NCBI GenBank assembly: GCA_030390025.1
Contig: CM059452.1
Location: forward strand, 7,440,001-7,504,000
Source of the DNA: Squalus acanthias
Lineage: Eukaryota
DNA length: 64,000 bases
Direction of reading: 5' to 3'
Below the pieces are notes generated by a model. It did no database searches. It had not been told where the DNA came from and saw only the letters and a list, made by a program, of their open reading frames with translations. A program made the translations under genes and the position numbers. Each line of letters begins with the position of its first letter. The stretch's first letter is position 1. Positions 51,690 to 64,000 of this stretch are shown piece by piece.

Positions 51690-52790
51690 TCAAATAGGGA
51701 ATTCAGGAGGAACTTCTTTACCCAGAGAGTGGTCAGAATGTGGAACTCGCTGCCACAAGGAGCAGTTGAGCCGAATAACATCGATACATTGAAGGGGAAT
51801 CTAGATAAGTCGGTGAGGGAGAAAGGAATAGAAGGATCTGTTGATGGGGTGAGATGGAGTAGGGGTGGGAGGAGGCTCGTGTGGAGCAGTAACACCAGCA
51901 TGGATCGATTGGGCCCAATGGCCTGTTTCTGTGCTCTACATTCTGTGTAATGTTGTGTAATATTTAATGTTCATGTTTGAGAGATCGGATTACAGTAATT
52001 TATCTGTATCCCTGTTTACTGTTAACTGAAACAACACTGGGCAGTGAGCGAGTGAGGGCGAGGTTCTAATGTTCCTATAAAGGAGAGCAGGAACACCCGA
52101 GCGAACAAGTACAGACTGGAGGGAAGCCCATTTAGAACCAGCAAGAAATCATTCATCGAAAGGGAGAGAAATATCGGACTTCACCGGCCGGGCGGGGATG
52201 TGGAGACACCGGTCCCTGGGCCGTTCAAAGCACAATCCGACACCGGGGCAGTGAGATTTACTGGAGGGACGGGCTGCGATTGGAATCCGGCCCTTTTCTC
52301 AGCTTTGGTTTCTTACACTCCTGAGAGAAGAGACATCAGCAGCAATACACACATTTCTGGAAAGATTGAACAGGCTGGGGGTCTATTCTCTGGAAAAGAG
52401 AAGAAAACGAGGAGACCTGATGGAGGTGATTAAAATGATGAAGGGGTTCGATAGGGTGCACGTGGGGAAACTGTTTCCATTGTGGGTGAGTCCAGAACAA
52501 GGGGCCACAAATATAAGATAGTCACTAACAGAACAAATAAAGACATTGGGAAGAATTCATTCACACAGAGAGGAGTCAGAATGTGGAACTCGCTGCCACA
52601 CGGAGCAGATGGACCAGATATAATTGATGCATTTAAGGGGAGGCTTGAAAAATACAGGAGGGAGAAAGGAATCGAGGGACACAGGGGTCAGGGAGGTAAG
52701 AGGTAATTAGAGTGGGGGGAGGCTCGTGTGGGGTATAAACACCGGCACAGACCGAATGGCCTGTTCCCGTTCTACAGATTCAGTACAATG
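51690..52790 (+). mobile_element. Two CR1 3' fragments (~51690-51960 and ~52350-52790)
   Basis: TQRVVRMWNSLP...KGIEG motifs. Confidence 0.75.
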
Positions 52791-53743
52791 TAAATCTCAG
52801 AGAAAACTCCGCCCGGAGAACACGGGAGAGAATCAGCCAATGGGCTGAAGGAATTGAAGTTGTCAGAGAGCCGGAAGAGCCAGTTTCCAGTGAGTAACAG
52901 TAAAACCACTGCGGAAACTGCACAGACTGAACCCAACCGACAACCGAGAGACTTTGGGACAAGTTCTCAGGCTGGCAAAAAACCACAAACAGCACAAAGT
53001 GAGCGACCCAGATGTAGAAATAAAATAAAACTACTGTAAATAATTCAAATTAAAGTGAAATGGAACAAACGGGCACCACCGATGGAAGAAAAGAGACAAA
53101 TAGAGCGAGAGGCAGAAAGGAGCTCCCGTGAAGTATTAAACTGCATAAAAGATTGACCTTTGACCCACAGATTTTCAGTGTTAGTTTGGCTCAATCGGTG
53201 CTGATGAATCTCACTGCTTTCTGTTGGATCTTTCTGTGCGCAGTGACATTACACAGCCGGGTTACTCTCGGTCAAACATCATTGGAATCTCGTTGTCTCA
53301 GTGAGGAGGAGAATGGACTATTATTTTTTTCGGGTTTATCTTTCAACAAGAAAAATAAAAACAGAAATTCAATAGAAATCACAGAATGATACAGAAGAGA
53401 AGGAGATCATTCTGCCCACCTTGCCTGTGCGGCTCTTTGAAGGAGCTATTCAATTAATCCCACTCGCCCCGCTCTTTCCCCATAGCCCTGACAAATTTTC
53501 CCTTTCCAATTTCCTGTTGAAAGTTACTATTGAATCTGCTCCCACCACTGTTTCAGGCAGTGCATTTCCAGATCACAACGGCTCACTGCGTAAATACCCC
53601 TCTGCCCCCCCCCCCCCCCCCCCCCCCCCACCCCACGCCGGTGAATAGCATTAGCGCGAGAGGCAGAACTATTCCTGTGATTGACAAGTGTCCCCGGGTA
53701 AAAACCAGCCAAATAAATAACATTCTCCCATTTAATCCTGCAG

Positions 53744-54049
53744 ATTCCAGTTTCTCGGTATCCCAGGGTCCGCCTCTGCAATACTCTGCTGCCGGTGACA
53801 CCGTTGCTTTAAGCTGCGAATATACAGGGATCTGTCAGTACACAGTACACTGGTACCGTCAGTCCCCAGGGCAGGCTCCGAAATACCTGCTTCAGAGAAA
53901 CACTTCAGGAGAGGGGAATAACGAAAACGCTGCCGGGGGCCGAATTTCTGCTTCTGTCGATGGTGCGCAGAAAATCAGGCGGTTAAACATCGCGAAACTG
54001 CAACTGAGTGACTCCGCTGTGTATTACTGTGCACTGAGTCCGCGCACAG
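53744..54049 (+). CDS. Leaderless NAR-TCR supporting V-delta
   Basis: Acceptor cctgcag is phase-compatible with the NAR-TCR J donor. DSSFSVSQGP...LSCEYTGICQYTVHWYRQSPGQAPKYLL...LSDSAVYYCALS has an extra CDR1 Cys. No leader was found between J and this exon. Confidence 0.9.
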
Positions 54050-54088
54050 CACAGTGATACAGAGCACGGAGAGAGCCGTGCAAAAACC
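54050..54088 (+). promoter_or_regulatory. 23-RSS of the supporting V-delta
   Basis: CACAGTG, 23-nt spacer, GCAAAAACC. Confidence 0.92.
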
Positions 54089-55697
54089 TGAACATGGTGG
54101 CGATTACAGACACAGTGTGACACAGAGCACGGAGAGAGTTCACAAACCTGAACATGGTGGGGATTACAGACACACAGTGATAGAGAGCACGGAGAGAGTT
54201 CACAAACCTTAACATGGTGGGGATTACACACAGACAGTGATACAGAGCACGGAGAGAGTTCACAAACCTGAACATGGTGGGGATCACAGACACACAGTGA
54301 TACAGAGCACGGAGAGAGTTCACAAACCTGAACATGGTGGGGATTACAGGCACACAGTGATACAGAGCACGGAGAGAGTTCACAAACCTGAACATGGTGG
54401 GGATTACAGACACACAGTGATACAGAGCACGGAGAGAGTTCACAAAACTGAACATGGTGGGGATTACACACACACAGTGATACAGAGCATGGAGATAGTT
54501 CACAAACCTGAAAATGGTGGGGATTACAGTCACACAGTGATACAGAGCACGGAGAGCGTTCACAAACCTGAACATGGTGTGGATTACAGACACACAGTGA
54601 TACAGAGCACGGAGAGAGTTCACAAACCTGAACATGGTGGGGATTACAGACACACAGTGATAGAGAGCACGGAGAGAGTTCACAAACCTTAACATGGTGG
54701 GGATTACACACAGACAGTGATACAGAGCACGGAGAGAGTTCACAAACCTGAACATGGTGGGAATTACAGACACACAGTGATACAGAGCACGGAGAGAGTT
54801 CACAAACCTGAACATGGTGGGGATACAGACACACAGTGATACAGAGCACGGAGTGAGTTCACAAACCTGAACATGTTGGGGATTACAGATACACAGTGAT
54901 ACAGAGCACGGAGAGAGTTCACAAAACTGAACATGGTGGGGAATACACACACACAGTGATACAGAGCACGGAGAGAGTTCACAAACCTGAACATGGTGGG
55001 GATTACACACACACAGTGATACAGAGCACGGAGAGCGTTCACAAACCTAAACATGCTGGGTATTACAGAGACACAGTAATACAGAACACGGAGAGAGTTC
55101 ACAAACTTGAACATGGTGGGGATTACAGTCACACAGTGATACAGAGCACGGAGAGAATTCACAAACCTGAACATGGCATGGATTACAGACACACAGTGAT
55201 AGAGAGCACGGAGAGAGTTCACAAACCTGAACATGATGGGGATTACAGACACACCGTGATACAGAGCACGGAGAGAGTTCACAAACCTGAACATGGTGAG
55301 GATTACAGACACACAGTGATACAGAGCACGGAGAGAGTTCACAAACCTGAACATGGTGAGGATTACAGACACACAGTGATACAGAGCACGGAGAGAGTTC
55401 ACAAACCTGAACATGGTGTGGATTACAGAGACACAGTGATACAGAGCACGGAGAGAGTTCACAAACCTGAACATGGTGGGGATTACAGACACACAGTGAT
55501 AGAGAGCACGGAGAGAGTTCACAAACCTGAACATGGTGAGGATTACAGACACACAGTGATACAGAGCACGGAGAGAGTTCACAAACCTGAACATGGTGGG
55601 GATTACAGACACACAGTGATAGAGAGCACGGAGAGAGTTCACAAACCTGAACATGGTGAGGATTACAGACACAGAGTGATACAGAGCAAGGGGAGAA
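54050..55697 (+). repeat. Tandem array of 60-bp units, each an RSS-like copy (~27 copies after the native RSS)
   Basis: Unit CACAGTG-ATACAGAGCACGGAGAGAGTTC-ACAAACCTG-AACATGGTGGGGATTACAGACA. Confidence 0.95.
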
Positions 55698-57119
55698 AAT
55701 ACAAGTATTCTCTACGAAAGTATTCTCGATGAATCTTAGAATTTTAACACACAGAAACAAGTGATTAATCCCACCAAGTCTGCACTTTCCTTCCCGCTCC
55801 TCCCACCCTTTAATATTCCTCTTTTCGAGTCTCCTATCTATTTCCCCTGTTAAAATATTTCATGCATTAATTCCACATTTCACCTCATTCTGTGAAAATA
55901 ATTAGTTTTCTCAAGATAAAAATGTATATTTTGCCGTATGATATTTCACCCTAGGGGATAAATTTATTGTCCGCATGTTTCCACAGCAACCAATAGAGTT
56001 CCTCCTTTCCTTTTCTTTGATTCAATCCGTCTTTCACCGACTGGGTTCATGAGCGGTCACCACCTCCTTGATTTCCCGGATTCGGTGTCCAATCTGCTCA
56101 GAGATTCTCTCCGCTCAACAGAGCACCCGCAGCCTATCCGGACCAAGAATCCGGCTAGCTCCCGGCTGAAGGAGGTTCGGTTTGGCTTCAGTGAGTTAAT
56201 GACTCGGCCATGGAGGGCTGCGGCTCCCACAATTCACAGCGGCATAGAAAAGCCCCCTTGTGACAAGGGCCGCGCTGCACTCTTGGAAAACTTTCCGCAC
56301 ATGCACACAACCGCTTTAACGGCAACGTTTTTATTCTCTCGCGCGCCAAACTTTCACTTTTATCGATTAAGATCGAACGGTTATTTTGATGGAAACTGAA
56401 GTAAATTTTCTTTTCAATCCAGCCGTTTTATTTAAATAAACGGCAGACATGCGCAGTTCTTAACGTCACACCAACATGGACGTCTGTACGTCACACCAAC
56501 ATGGCCGCCGCCGGTTTGCCCTGTAGTTGATGGCGCCACAATACTTCAGCACGTCACAGCAACGTTATTGGCTGTTTCTCCCATTGATTCAGGGTCAGGA
56601 GACCACGGGGCTTCTCCAGCCTATGACGCGGGTGGGGGGAGGGGGGAGGGTGGCGGTAGCAGAGGGTGGGGGTGCAGCACCGGGCCTCTTAATCGGGCCC
56701 TGCACTCAAAGAGAATCATCGAACCCGGAGTCAGTGAGAGCCTGGGAACAGTGCAGAGCGTCAAGGGAGACATTAGAGGGGATGGTGGCCGCGGATAGAG
56801 GGAGGGTTGAGAGATTGTAGCAGAGACGGAGTTTAAACACCAACTCCATACATTCCCAATCTCCCTTCAGACGGTCCGTTAATTCTTCCCTCTCTTAACC
56901 CGATGCCATATGCAACTGCAGGAGACCTCACGCCTGAATTGCAGTAGTTTCCAGGAAGAGCAAAACCGCATTCGAAGGAAAATGCCGGAAGATTCTCGGG
57001 CCTGGCCAGAAACCTCTGCAGATGTTAATGTGGCCGGGAGTCACCGAACTAATCTGATGATACGGTGAAGGACGTGGAGTGAAAGTTCAGGGAAACAGGG
57101 AGCGGAGTTCTGAAGGTCA

Positions 57120-57480
57120 CTGCGGATCCCTGGGGTGATGTTCATTAAGTACAGGTAGATGTCATGAGAATAAATGGAGCAGAGCGGGAAGAAAGGATCC
57201 CTGGGGTGATCTTCAGTGAGTTGAGGTAGATTCTAACACAGGGAATGGGGGCGAGCAGGGAGAAAGCATCCCTTGGGGAGGTTCAGTGAGTTCAGGTAGC
57301 TGGTACAAGAGGGAATGAAACAGAGCAGGGAGAACGGATCCCTGGGGTGATGTTCAGTGAGTTTAGGGAGATGGTGTCAGAGGCAATGGAGCAGAGCATG
57401 GAGAATGGATCCCTGGGGTGATGTTTAGTGAGTTGAGGGAGTTGGTACAAGAGCGACTGGAGCAGAACAGGGAGAAATGT
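57120..57480. repeat. ~70-bp degenerate tandem repeat (~5 copies)
   Basis: Recurrent GGATCCCTGGGGTGATGTTCAGTGAGTT. Confidence 0.75.
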
Positions 57481-58799
57481 CGTCAGGGAAGCAGGAGACA
57501 GAGAGTCCGGGTTAATGGGTGTAGCTCAGATTGGAGAAGGGTTGGAAGTGGTTAAACCAGTGCTGGGTCTACTTTTCTCCTTGGTCTGTGTGGACCATTT
57601 GAACTCGGGTCTCCTTTAAAGGGGCGAATCCAAAACAAAAATACATTCAACTCGTGCCCACACTTGGCCTGAACTAGAATTATATTCCATTAGAATTTGA
57701 TTTTATCTATCAAACCCTTTCTCTAGTTGTGCTCACCGGGCGCAGAAGGCTCCAAAGGTGTCTGTGGACACCGCGAGATCGCTCATCTCCTCTCCCTCAA
57801 GTACTGTCCAAAGGCTGGAGAGTTTGTGAGTTTAACCGAACAGGAGGAGAGAGGCTGTGTGTCAGATAGACCCCAGGCTCTGGGAATCATCCCCAGCGTT
57901 TGTGCTCCCTAGTCAGTCAGTGTCAGATATATAACCCGTGCTGTACCTACCTTGGGAGTGTTTGATGGGACAGTGTAGAGGGAGCTTTACTCTACCATGT
58001 GCTGTGCTCTATCAGGCTGTGATGGAGCAGAGCACTGCTTGTTAATCGAACCTGGCATGTGACTGTGACAGACCATAATATTAGAGGGGACTGGGAGGTG
58101 CGCCTGTTCGCTGTGCAGTCATTCCGCCTCTGGGGCTTGACATGACAAGGCAGAGGTTAAGGTATCGTTACACTGATGGGACACTGGGTGGCGCAGTGGC
58201 TCCTTAACCGAAGGAACTTGGATTCAAAATACCTGTCAGGGAAATAAAACAAAATGTAATCGGGAAAATGGTGCGGTGTGGAGGAGCCTTGGAGAAAGGA
58301 ATTCAGCAAAGTCCAAGTTTGTCCATTTGTCACTACAGATTTATTCACAATTTCACAAAATACAATTTACAGAGAAGTTTTTAAAAAGTTAACACAAAGT
58401 GAATATAACAACTGAGCGTCACATTGAGACCAGAACACAGGCGGTCTCAGCTGCCAGTTATCTGTACAACTGTAACAGACACCAGGGAGTGAATAAAATG
58501 AAATCAATATAAAGAGAAGAGAACAATTGTGGATTAGGAATGAGAAAATATATTATTTACAAGTGAAATATTCAAACAACGGTGAAACTCTAAGATACAT
58601 TTATATTATTGCCACGATTATCTCACATTTCAAACAGAGAGACGGAAATCCCGGTTATGATTTTCTCAGCTACAGATTCGGATCTATTAACTGAAGACAT
58701 TTGACTCTGACAATCACCAAGAGGACATCTTTTATTTTCAGGACACAGAGATGTTAATAAACAGATGAGGAAAATCCACGGCGTCCGAAATTCAACCGT

Positions 58800-58808
58800 T
58801 CACTTGAC
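58800..58808 (-). CDS. IgH TM2 exon (VK-stop)
   Basis: cttttacag|GTC AAG TGA. Candidate AATAAA on minus at 58340-58345. Confidence 0.85.
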   Translation of the reverse strand, partial: VK

Positions 58809-58948
58809 CTGTAAAAGAGGGATAAAAGAATGAAGCAGAGATTTAGTGGTTTGGGGCATTTATCTCAGGGTTTTTATCAATGAAACTTTTAGAGATTTGT
58901 CAAACCGCTTCAGTCAGATCGAAGTGTGAGTGGATTGAATCTTCTCAC

Positions 58949-59076
58949 CTTCACTAGAGTGACCGCAGCGCTGTAGGACATGCTCAGGAAGAACAGGATG
59001 ATGAATGTGGAAGCGGTTGTCCAGATGTTGCCGCTCTCTTCCTCATAGTCTTCAATCAAGATGTGGTCTGAGGAAT
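58949..59076 (-). CDS. IgH transmembrane exon TM1, IgM-like, of a second IgH gene
   Basis: DSSDHILIEDYEEESGNIWTTASTFIILFFLSMSYSAAVTLVK (CART motif), with acceptor ccgtag and donor GTGAGA. Confidence 0.92.
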
Positions 59077-60670
59077 CTACGGGGATGTAGAGAAGGAAAT
59101 ATATTCAGATCGTTTATTAATCCAATATATCATATAATTATTAAATAATCTCTTTTCTTTTCCTTAAGTTATTAGTTTGTTCTCTAATTTAATTTTCAAC
59201 GTATATCTTGTGTTAAGTTAATCACTCTCAGCAATCTATCTCTGTTCCTAACTCCACAGTCGCTCTTTCTTTATGATCCTCCTCTGGTCCGTGTTGGAAA
59301 ATATGACTTTTGTTCTTCAATGTCTCAAGCTAATTGATTTTGCACCAATTTCCTACGATCTATCATTCGGGAATAATATGATGAAATATCGAGGGAGTTT
59401 TACTGATTGCTATCGATTATTTTAACGATAGGTTTAGATAGCTACTTATTTGGAGACTGTCAAGGGGGCTGGGCAAGAGATCAGATGTGAGTTATAATCT
59501 TGTTTATTTATTTGTTATGGCAATGCTCCGACCATAATTAAATTGTATCAGTTTCCAACATGAACTTTGATTCAGTGTATGTGTAGGACCAGAATAGAGA
59601 AATGTGAGATGTTATGGTATCAGGAATTATTTATTCACTGCAATCGTTGGAGACTGTGTCCGTAAAAAAGTGCATTTTAATTCTACATTCGTCTATAGCC
59701 TGACGTTTTTTTGTGCGCTTTAGTGTTTGTGTTTGTGTGTATGACGATCTATTGTTTTGGTTTAGTCTGAGTTTGTATAAGTGTGTGTGTTAATGTGTAA
59801 TTCTGTGCATGTGTATTTATGTATCAGTGTGTGCGTGCGTGTTTTTGTGTAAGTGTATGTGTTGTTGTGTAATTATATGTATGTGTATTCATGTGTAAGT
59901 GTGTCTGTGTTTATGTGTAACTGTGCGTGTTTGCATGGAAGTGTATGTTTGTGTGTGTAATTGTGTGTGTGTTTGTGTTGATTTGTTTATTTATGCGTGT
60001 TTTTGTGTGTGTAAGGGTGTGTGTGTGTATTTTTGCTATTGTTCAAAGTTTCGGAGAGTACCAATAACTGGGTCTGACAATGACGGTGCGTATTATATTT
60101 TGGTATGTGTAATATTCTGTGTCAGTGTGTTAACGTGTGTGTTTGTGTGTTAAGTCTCTGTGTGTTTATGCGTAAATGTGCACTTACACATAAACACACA
60201 CACTCACACAAAATCGCAAACACACTTACACATAAACACACACACACTCACTTTTACACGCATTCTACCCCGCTCTGTGTAAATGTGTTTTGTGTGAGAT
60301 GCAATGTGACGTCAGCCGATGGAATATAACATTTCAACCGATGGGCCTCAGAACCATTAGGGACACAACCGTGAGAAACCCGCAGAGGATTCAATCACCA
60401 GTTTAGATTTGGACTGTTAAAATTCAAACTGTTAGTTTACGAATAACAGGGACAGATTTGCCCCGAAGACTAGTTAAAGATAATATGATGAATAAATATT
60501 TATTTTACAATATGATTCCCATGCGGCAAGTCGGACAGTGAGTTAGAAGCTGATATTTTACTGATGGCAACTGAGTTCATAAAATAGAGATTGGTTCACC
60601 TCCCCTCTCTGGTTGGGTGTGGGAGGTACAGTGGGTTAACAAATGCCCATTTCCCTCTCTGTGGTGGGGG

Positions 60671-61715
60671 AACATAAGAAATAGGAGCAGGAGTAGGCCA
60701 TTCGGCCCCTCGAGCCCGCTCCGCCATTCAATAAAATCTTGGCTGATCTGATCTTGGCCTCAACTCCACTATCCTGCCCGCTCCCCATAACCCTTGGTTC
60801 CCCTATTTTTCAAAAATCTGTCTATCTCTGCCTTGGGTATATTCAATGACTCAGCTTCCACAACTCTGGGGTAGAGACTTCCAAAAATTCACGACCCTCT
60901 GAGAGAAGAAATTCCTCCTCATCTTCGTTTTAAATGGGCGACCCCTTGTTCTGAAACTATGCCCTCAAGTTCTAGATTCCCTCACGAGGGGAAACATCCT
61001 CACTGCATCTACCTTGTAAAGTCCCATCAGAATCTTAAATGTTTCAATAAGATCACCTCTCATTCTTCTAAACTTCAATGAGTATAGGCACAACCTGCTC
61101 AACCTTTCCTCATAAGACAACCACTTCAACTCAGGAATCAACCTAGGGAACATTCTCTGAACTGCCTCGAATGCAAGAATATCCTTCCTTATATATGGAG
61201 ACCAAAACTGTACGCAGCACTCCCGGTGTGGTCTCACAAACGCCCTGTACAGTTGTAGCAAGACGTCCCTACTTTTATACTCCAACCCCCTTGCAATAAA
61301 GGCCAATATTCAATTTTCCTTCCTAATTAATTGCTGTACGGGCATGCTAACTTTTTGAGTTTCATGTACGAGGACACCCAGATCCCTCTGTACCGCAGCA
61401 TTCTTTAGTCTCTCTCCATTTAAATAATATTTTGCTTTTTTATTCTTCCGACCAAAGTGGATAAACTCACATTACCACATTATACTCCATCTGCCAAATA
61501 TTTGCCAACTCACTCAACCTATCTATATACCTTTGCAGACTCTTTGAGTAATCCTCACATCTTGCTTTCCCACCTATCTTTGTATCGTCAGCAAATTTGG
61601 CAACACTACACTCGGACCCTTCGTCCAAGTAATTAATATAGATTGTAAATAGTGGAGGCGCCAGCACTGATCCCTGTGGCACCCTACTAGTTACAGTTTG
61701 CCAAACTGAAAATGA
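60671..61715 (-). mobile_element. CR1 LINE 3' fragment inserted in a minisatellite
   Basis: PQGSVL.P.LF..KFADD and CVQFWSPY...RRMRGDLIETFK. Confidence 0.85.
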
Positions 61716-64000
61716 CCTTTCCCCTCTCTCTGGTGGGGGAATGGGAGGTAGAGTGGTTTAACAATTAAACTTTCCCCTCTCTCTGGTGGGGGAGTGGGGG
61801 TACAGTGGGTTAACAATTGCCCTTTCCCCTCTCTCTGGTGGGGTGTGGGAGGTACAGTGGGCTAACAATTGCCCTTTCCCCTCTCTCTGGTGGGGCAGTG
61901 GGAGGTACAGTGGCTTAATAATTGGCCGTTCCCCTCTCTCTGGTTGGGGAGTGGGAGGTACAGTTGGTTAACAATTGCCCTTTCCCCTCTCTCTGGTGGG
62001 GAATGTGAGGTACAGTGGGTTAACAATTGCCCTTTCCCCTCTCTCTGGTGTGGGAGTGGGGCTACAGTGGGTTAACAATTGCCCTTTCTCCTCTTTCTGC
62101 TGGGGGAGTGGGAGGGTAATGTTGGTTAACAATTGCCCTTTCACCTCTTTCTGCTGGGGGAGTGGGAGGGTAATGTTGGTTAACAATTGCCCTTTCCCCT
62201 CCCTCTGTTGGGGGAGTGGGGGGTACAGTGGGTTAACAATTGCCCTTTCCCCTCTCTCTGGTGTGGGAGTGGGAGGTACAGTGGGTTAACAATTGCCCTT
62301 TCCCCACTCTCTGGTGTGCAAGTGGGAGGTACAGTGGGTTCACAATTGCCCTTTCCCCTCTCTCTGCTGGGGGAGTGGGAGGGTAATGTTGGTTAACAAT
62401 TGCCCTTTCCCCTCTCTCTGCTGGGGGAGTGGGAGGTACAGTGGGTTAACAATTGCACTTTCCTCTCTCTCTGGTGGGGGAGTGGGGGTACAGTGGGTTA
62501 ACAATTGCCCTTTCCTCTCTCTCTTGTGGGGGAGTGGGAGGTACAGTCGGTTAACAATTGCGCTTTCCCCTCTCTCTGGTGGGGGAGTGGGGCTACAGTG
62601 TGTTAACAATTGTCCTTTACCCTCTCTCTGGTGGGGGAGTGGGAGTTACAGTGGGATAATATTTGCCCTTTCCCCTCTCTCTGATGGGGTAGTGAGTGTT
62701 CAGTGGGTTAATAATTGCCCTTTCCCCTCTCTCTGGTGGGGGAGTGGGGGTAAAGTGGGTTAACAATTGCCCTTTCCCCTCTCTCTGGTGGAGAGTGAGA
62801 GTTACATTGGGTTAACAATTACCCTTTCCCCTCTACTCTGGGGATGGCAAGGGGGTACAGTGGGTTAATAATTGCCCTGTCCCCTCTTCCTGGTGGGGGA
62901 GTGAGTGGTATAGTGGGTTAACAATTGCCCTTTTCTCTCTCTCATCGCGGGGAAGTGGGGGAGCAGTGGTTAAATAATTGGCCGTTCCCCTCTCTCTGGT
63001 GGGGGATTAGAAGGTACAGTTGGTTAACAATTGCCCTTTCAGCTCTCTCTGGTGTGGGAGTGGGAGGTACAGGGTGGTAACAATTGCCATTGCCCCTCCC
63101 TCGGTTGTGGGAGGTGAGTAAAGTGGGTTAAGAATTTTCCTTTCCCCTCGCTTGGTTGGGGGAGTGGGAGGTTCAGGGGGCTAACAATTGCCCTTACCCC
63201 TCGCTCTGATTGGGGAGGGGAGTAAAGTTGGTTAAGAATTGCCCTTTCCCCTCTCTCTGGTGGGGGAGTGGGGGGTACAGTGGGTTAACAATTACCCTTT
63301 CCCCTCTCTCTGGTGGGGAGAGCGGAAACAGTGGGTTAACAATTACACTTTCCCCCCTCTTGGGTGGGGAGCGGAGTACAGCGGATTAACAATTGCCCTT
63401 TCCCCTCTCTCTGGTGTGGAAATGAGAGATACAGTGGGTTAACAATTGCCCTCTCTCTCTCTCTCTGGTGGGGTGTGTAATGTACAGGAGGTTAACAAAT
63501 GCTCCTTCCCGTCTCTCTGGTGGGGGAGTGGGAGGTACAGTGGGATAATAATTGCCCTTTCCCCTCTCTCTGATGGAGGAGTGAGTGTACAGTGGGTTAA
63601 CAATTGCCCTTTCCCCTCCCTCTGGTGGGGCAGTGGGAGGTACAGTGGGTTAACAATTGCACTTTCACCTCTCTCTGGTGGGGGAGTGTGAGGTACAGTG
63701 GGTTAACAATTGCTCTTTTCCCTCTCTCTGGTGGGGGAGTGAGGGTACAGTGGGTTAACAATTGCACTTTTCCCTCTCTCTGGTGGGGGAGTGAGGGTAC
63801 AGTGGGTTAATAATTGCCCTTTCCCCTCTCTCTGGTGGGGGAGTGGGAGGTACAGTGGGTTAACAATTGCCCTTTCACCTCTCTCTGATGGCGGAGTGTG
63901 AGGTACAGTGGGTTAACAATTGCCCTTTCCCCTCTCTCTGGTGGGGGAGTGGGGGGTACAGCGGGTTAACAATTGCCCTTACCCCTCTCTCTGGTGGCGG
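61716..64000. repeat. 53-bp G/C-tract minisatellite (orphan units also at ~60597-60670)
   Basis: Unit GGGTTAACAATTGCCCTTTCCCCTCTCTCTGGTGGGGGAGTGGGAGGTACAGT. Confidence 0.95.

Noticed and set aside
54090-55672. Array units as tandem D segments (CATGGTG-GGGATTACAGACA-CACAGTG)
   Set aside because: The G-rich core looks D-delta-like, but the 5' heptamer matches only 5/7 and there is no nonamer at 12 or 23 nt.
54050-55697. CRISPR-like array
   Set aside because: Eukaryotic DNA with near-identical units, no unique spacers and no cas genes.
53983-55760. Cys/His-rich repetitive ORFs on both strands
   Set aside because: Artefacts of the 60-bp tandem unit.

Overview
Vertebrate genomic DNA from a cartilaginous fish (shark-type) antigen-receptor region. 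Left, minus strand: an IgM heavy-chain cluster (leader, VH already fused to D1+D2 and followed by a 12-RSS, JH with 23-RSS, CH1, CH2; the gene continues off the left edge). Then a 151-N assembly gap (11858-12008), retroelement debris, and a ~12 kb 27-bp satellite interrupted by an inverted Penelope-like element carrying hammerhead motifs. Centre: six TCR alpha/delta-type V segments (four on minus, two on plus). Five are pseudogenes, one of them split by a full-length CR1 LINE, and the only open one has a 21-bp RSS spacer. Right: a complete NAR-TCR cassette (leader, NAR-type V apparently pre-joined to D with a 12-RSS, J with 23-RSS, leaderless supporting V-delta with a CDR1 Cys). The RSS of the supporting V is amplified into a tandem array of ~27 60-bp copies. 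About 3 kb further, with no gap, lie the TM1/TM2 exons of a second IgH gene on minus. The most notable observations are the RSS array, the apparent germline V-D join in NAR-TCR, and the 12/23 compatibility between the pre-joined IgM and NAR-TCR cassettes. Family assignments come from motif recognition only; no database search was run.
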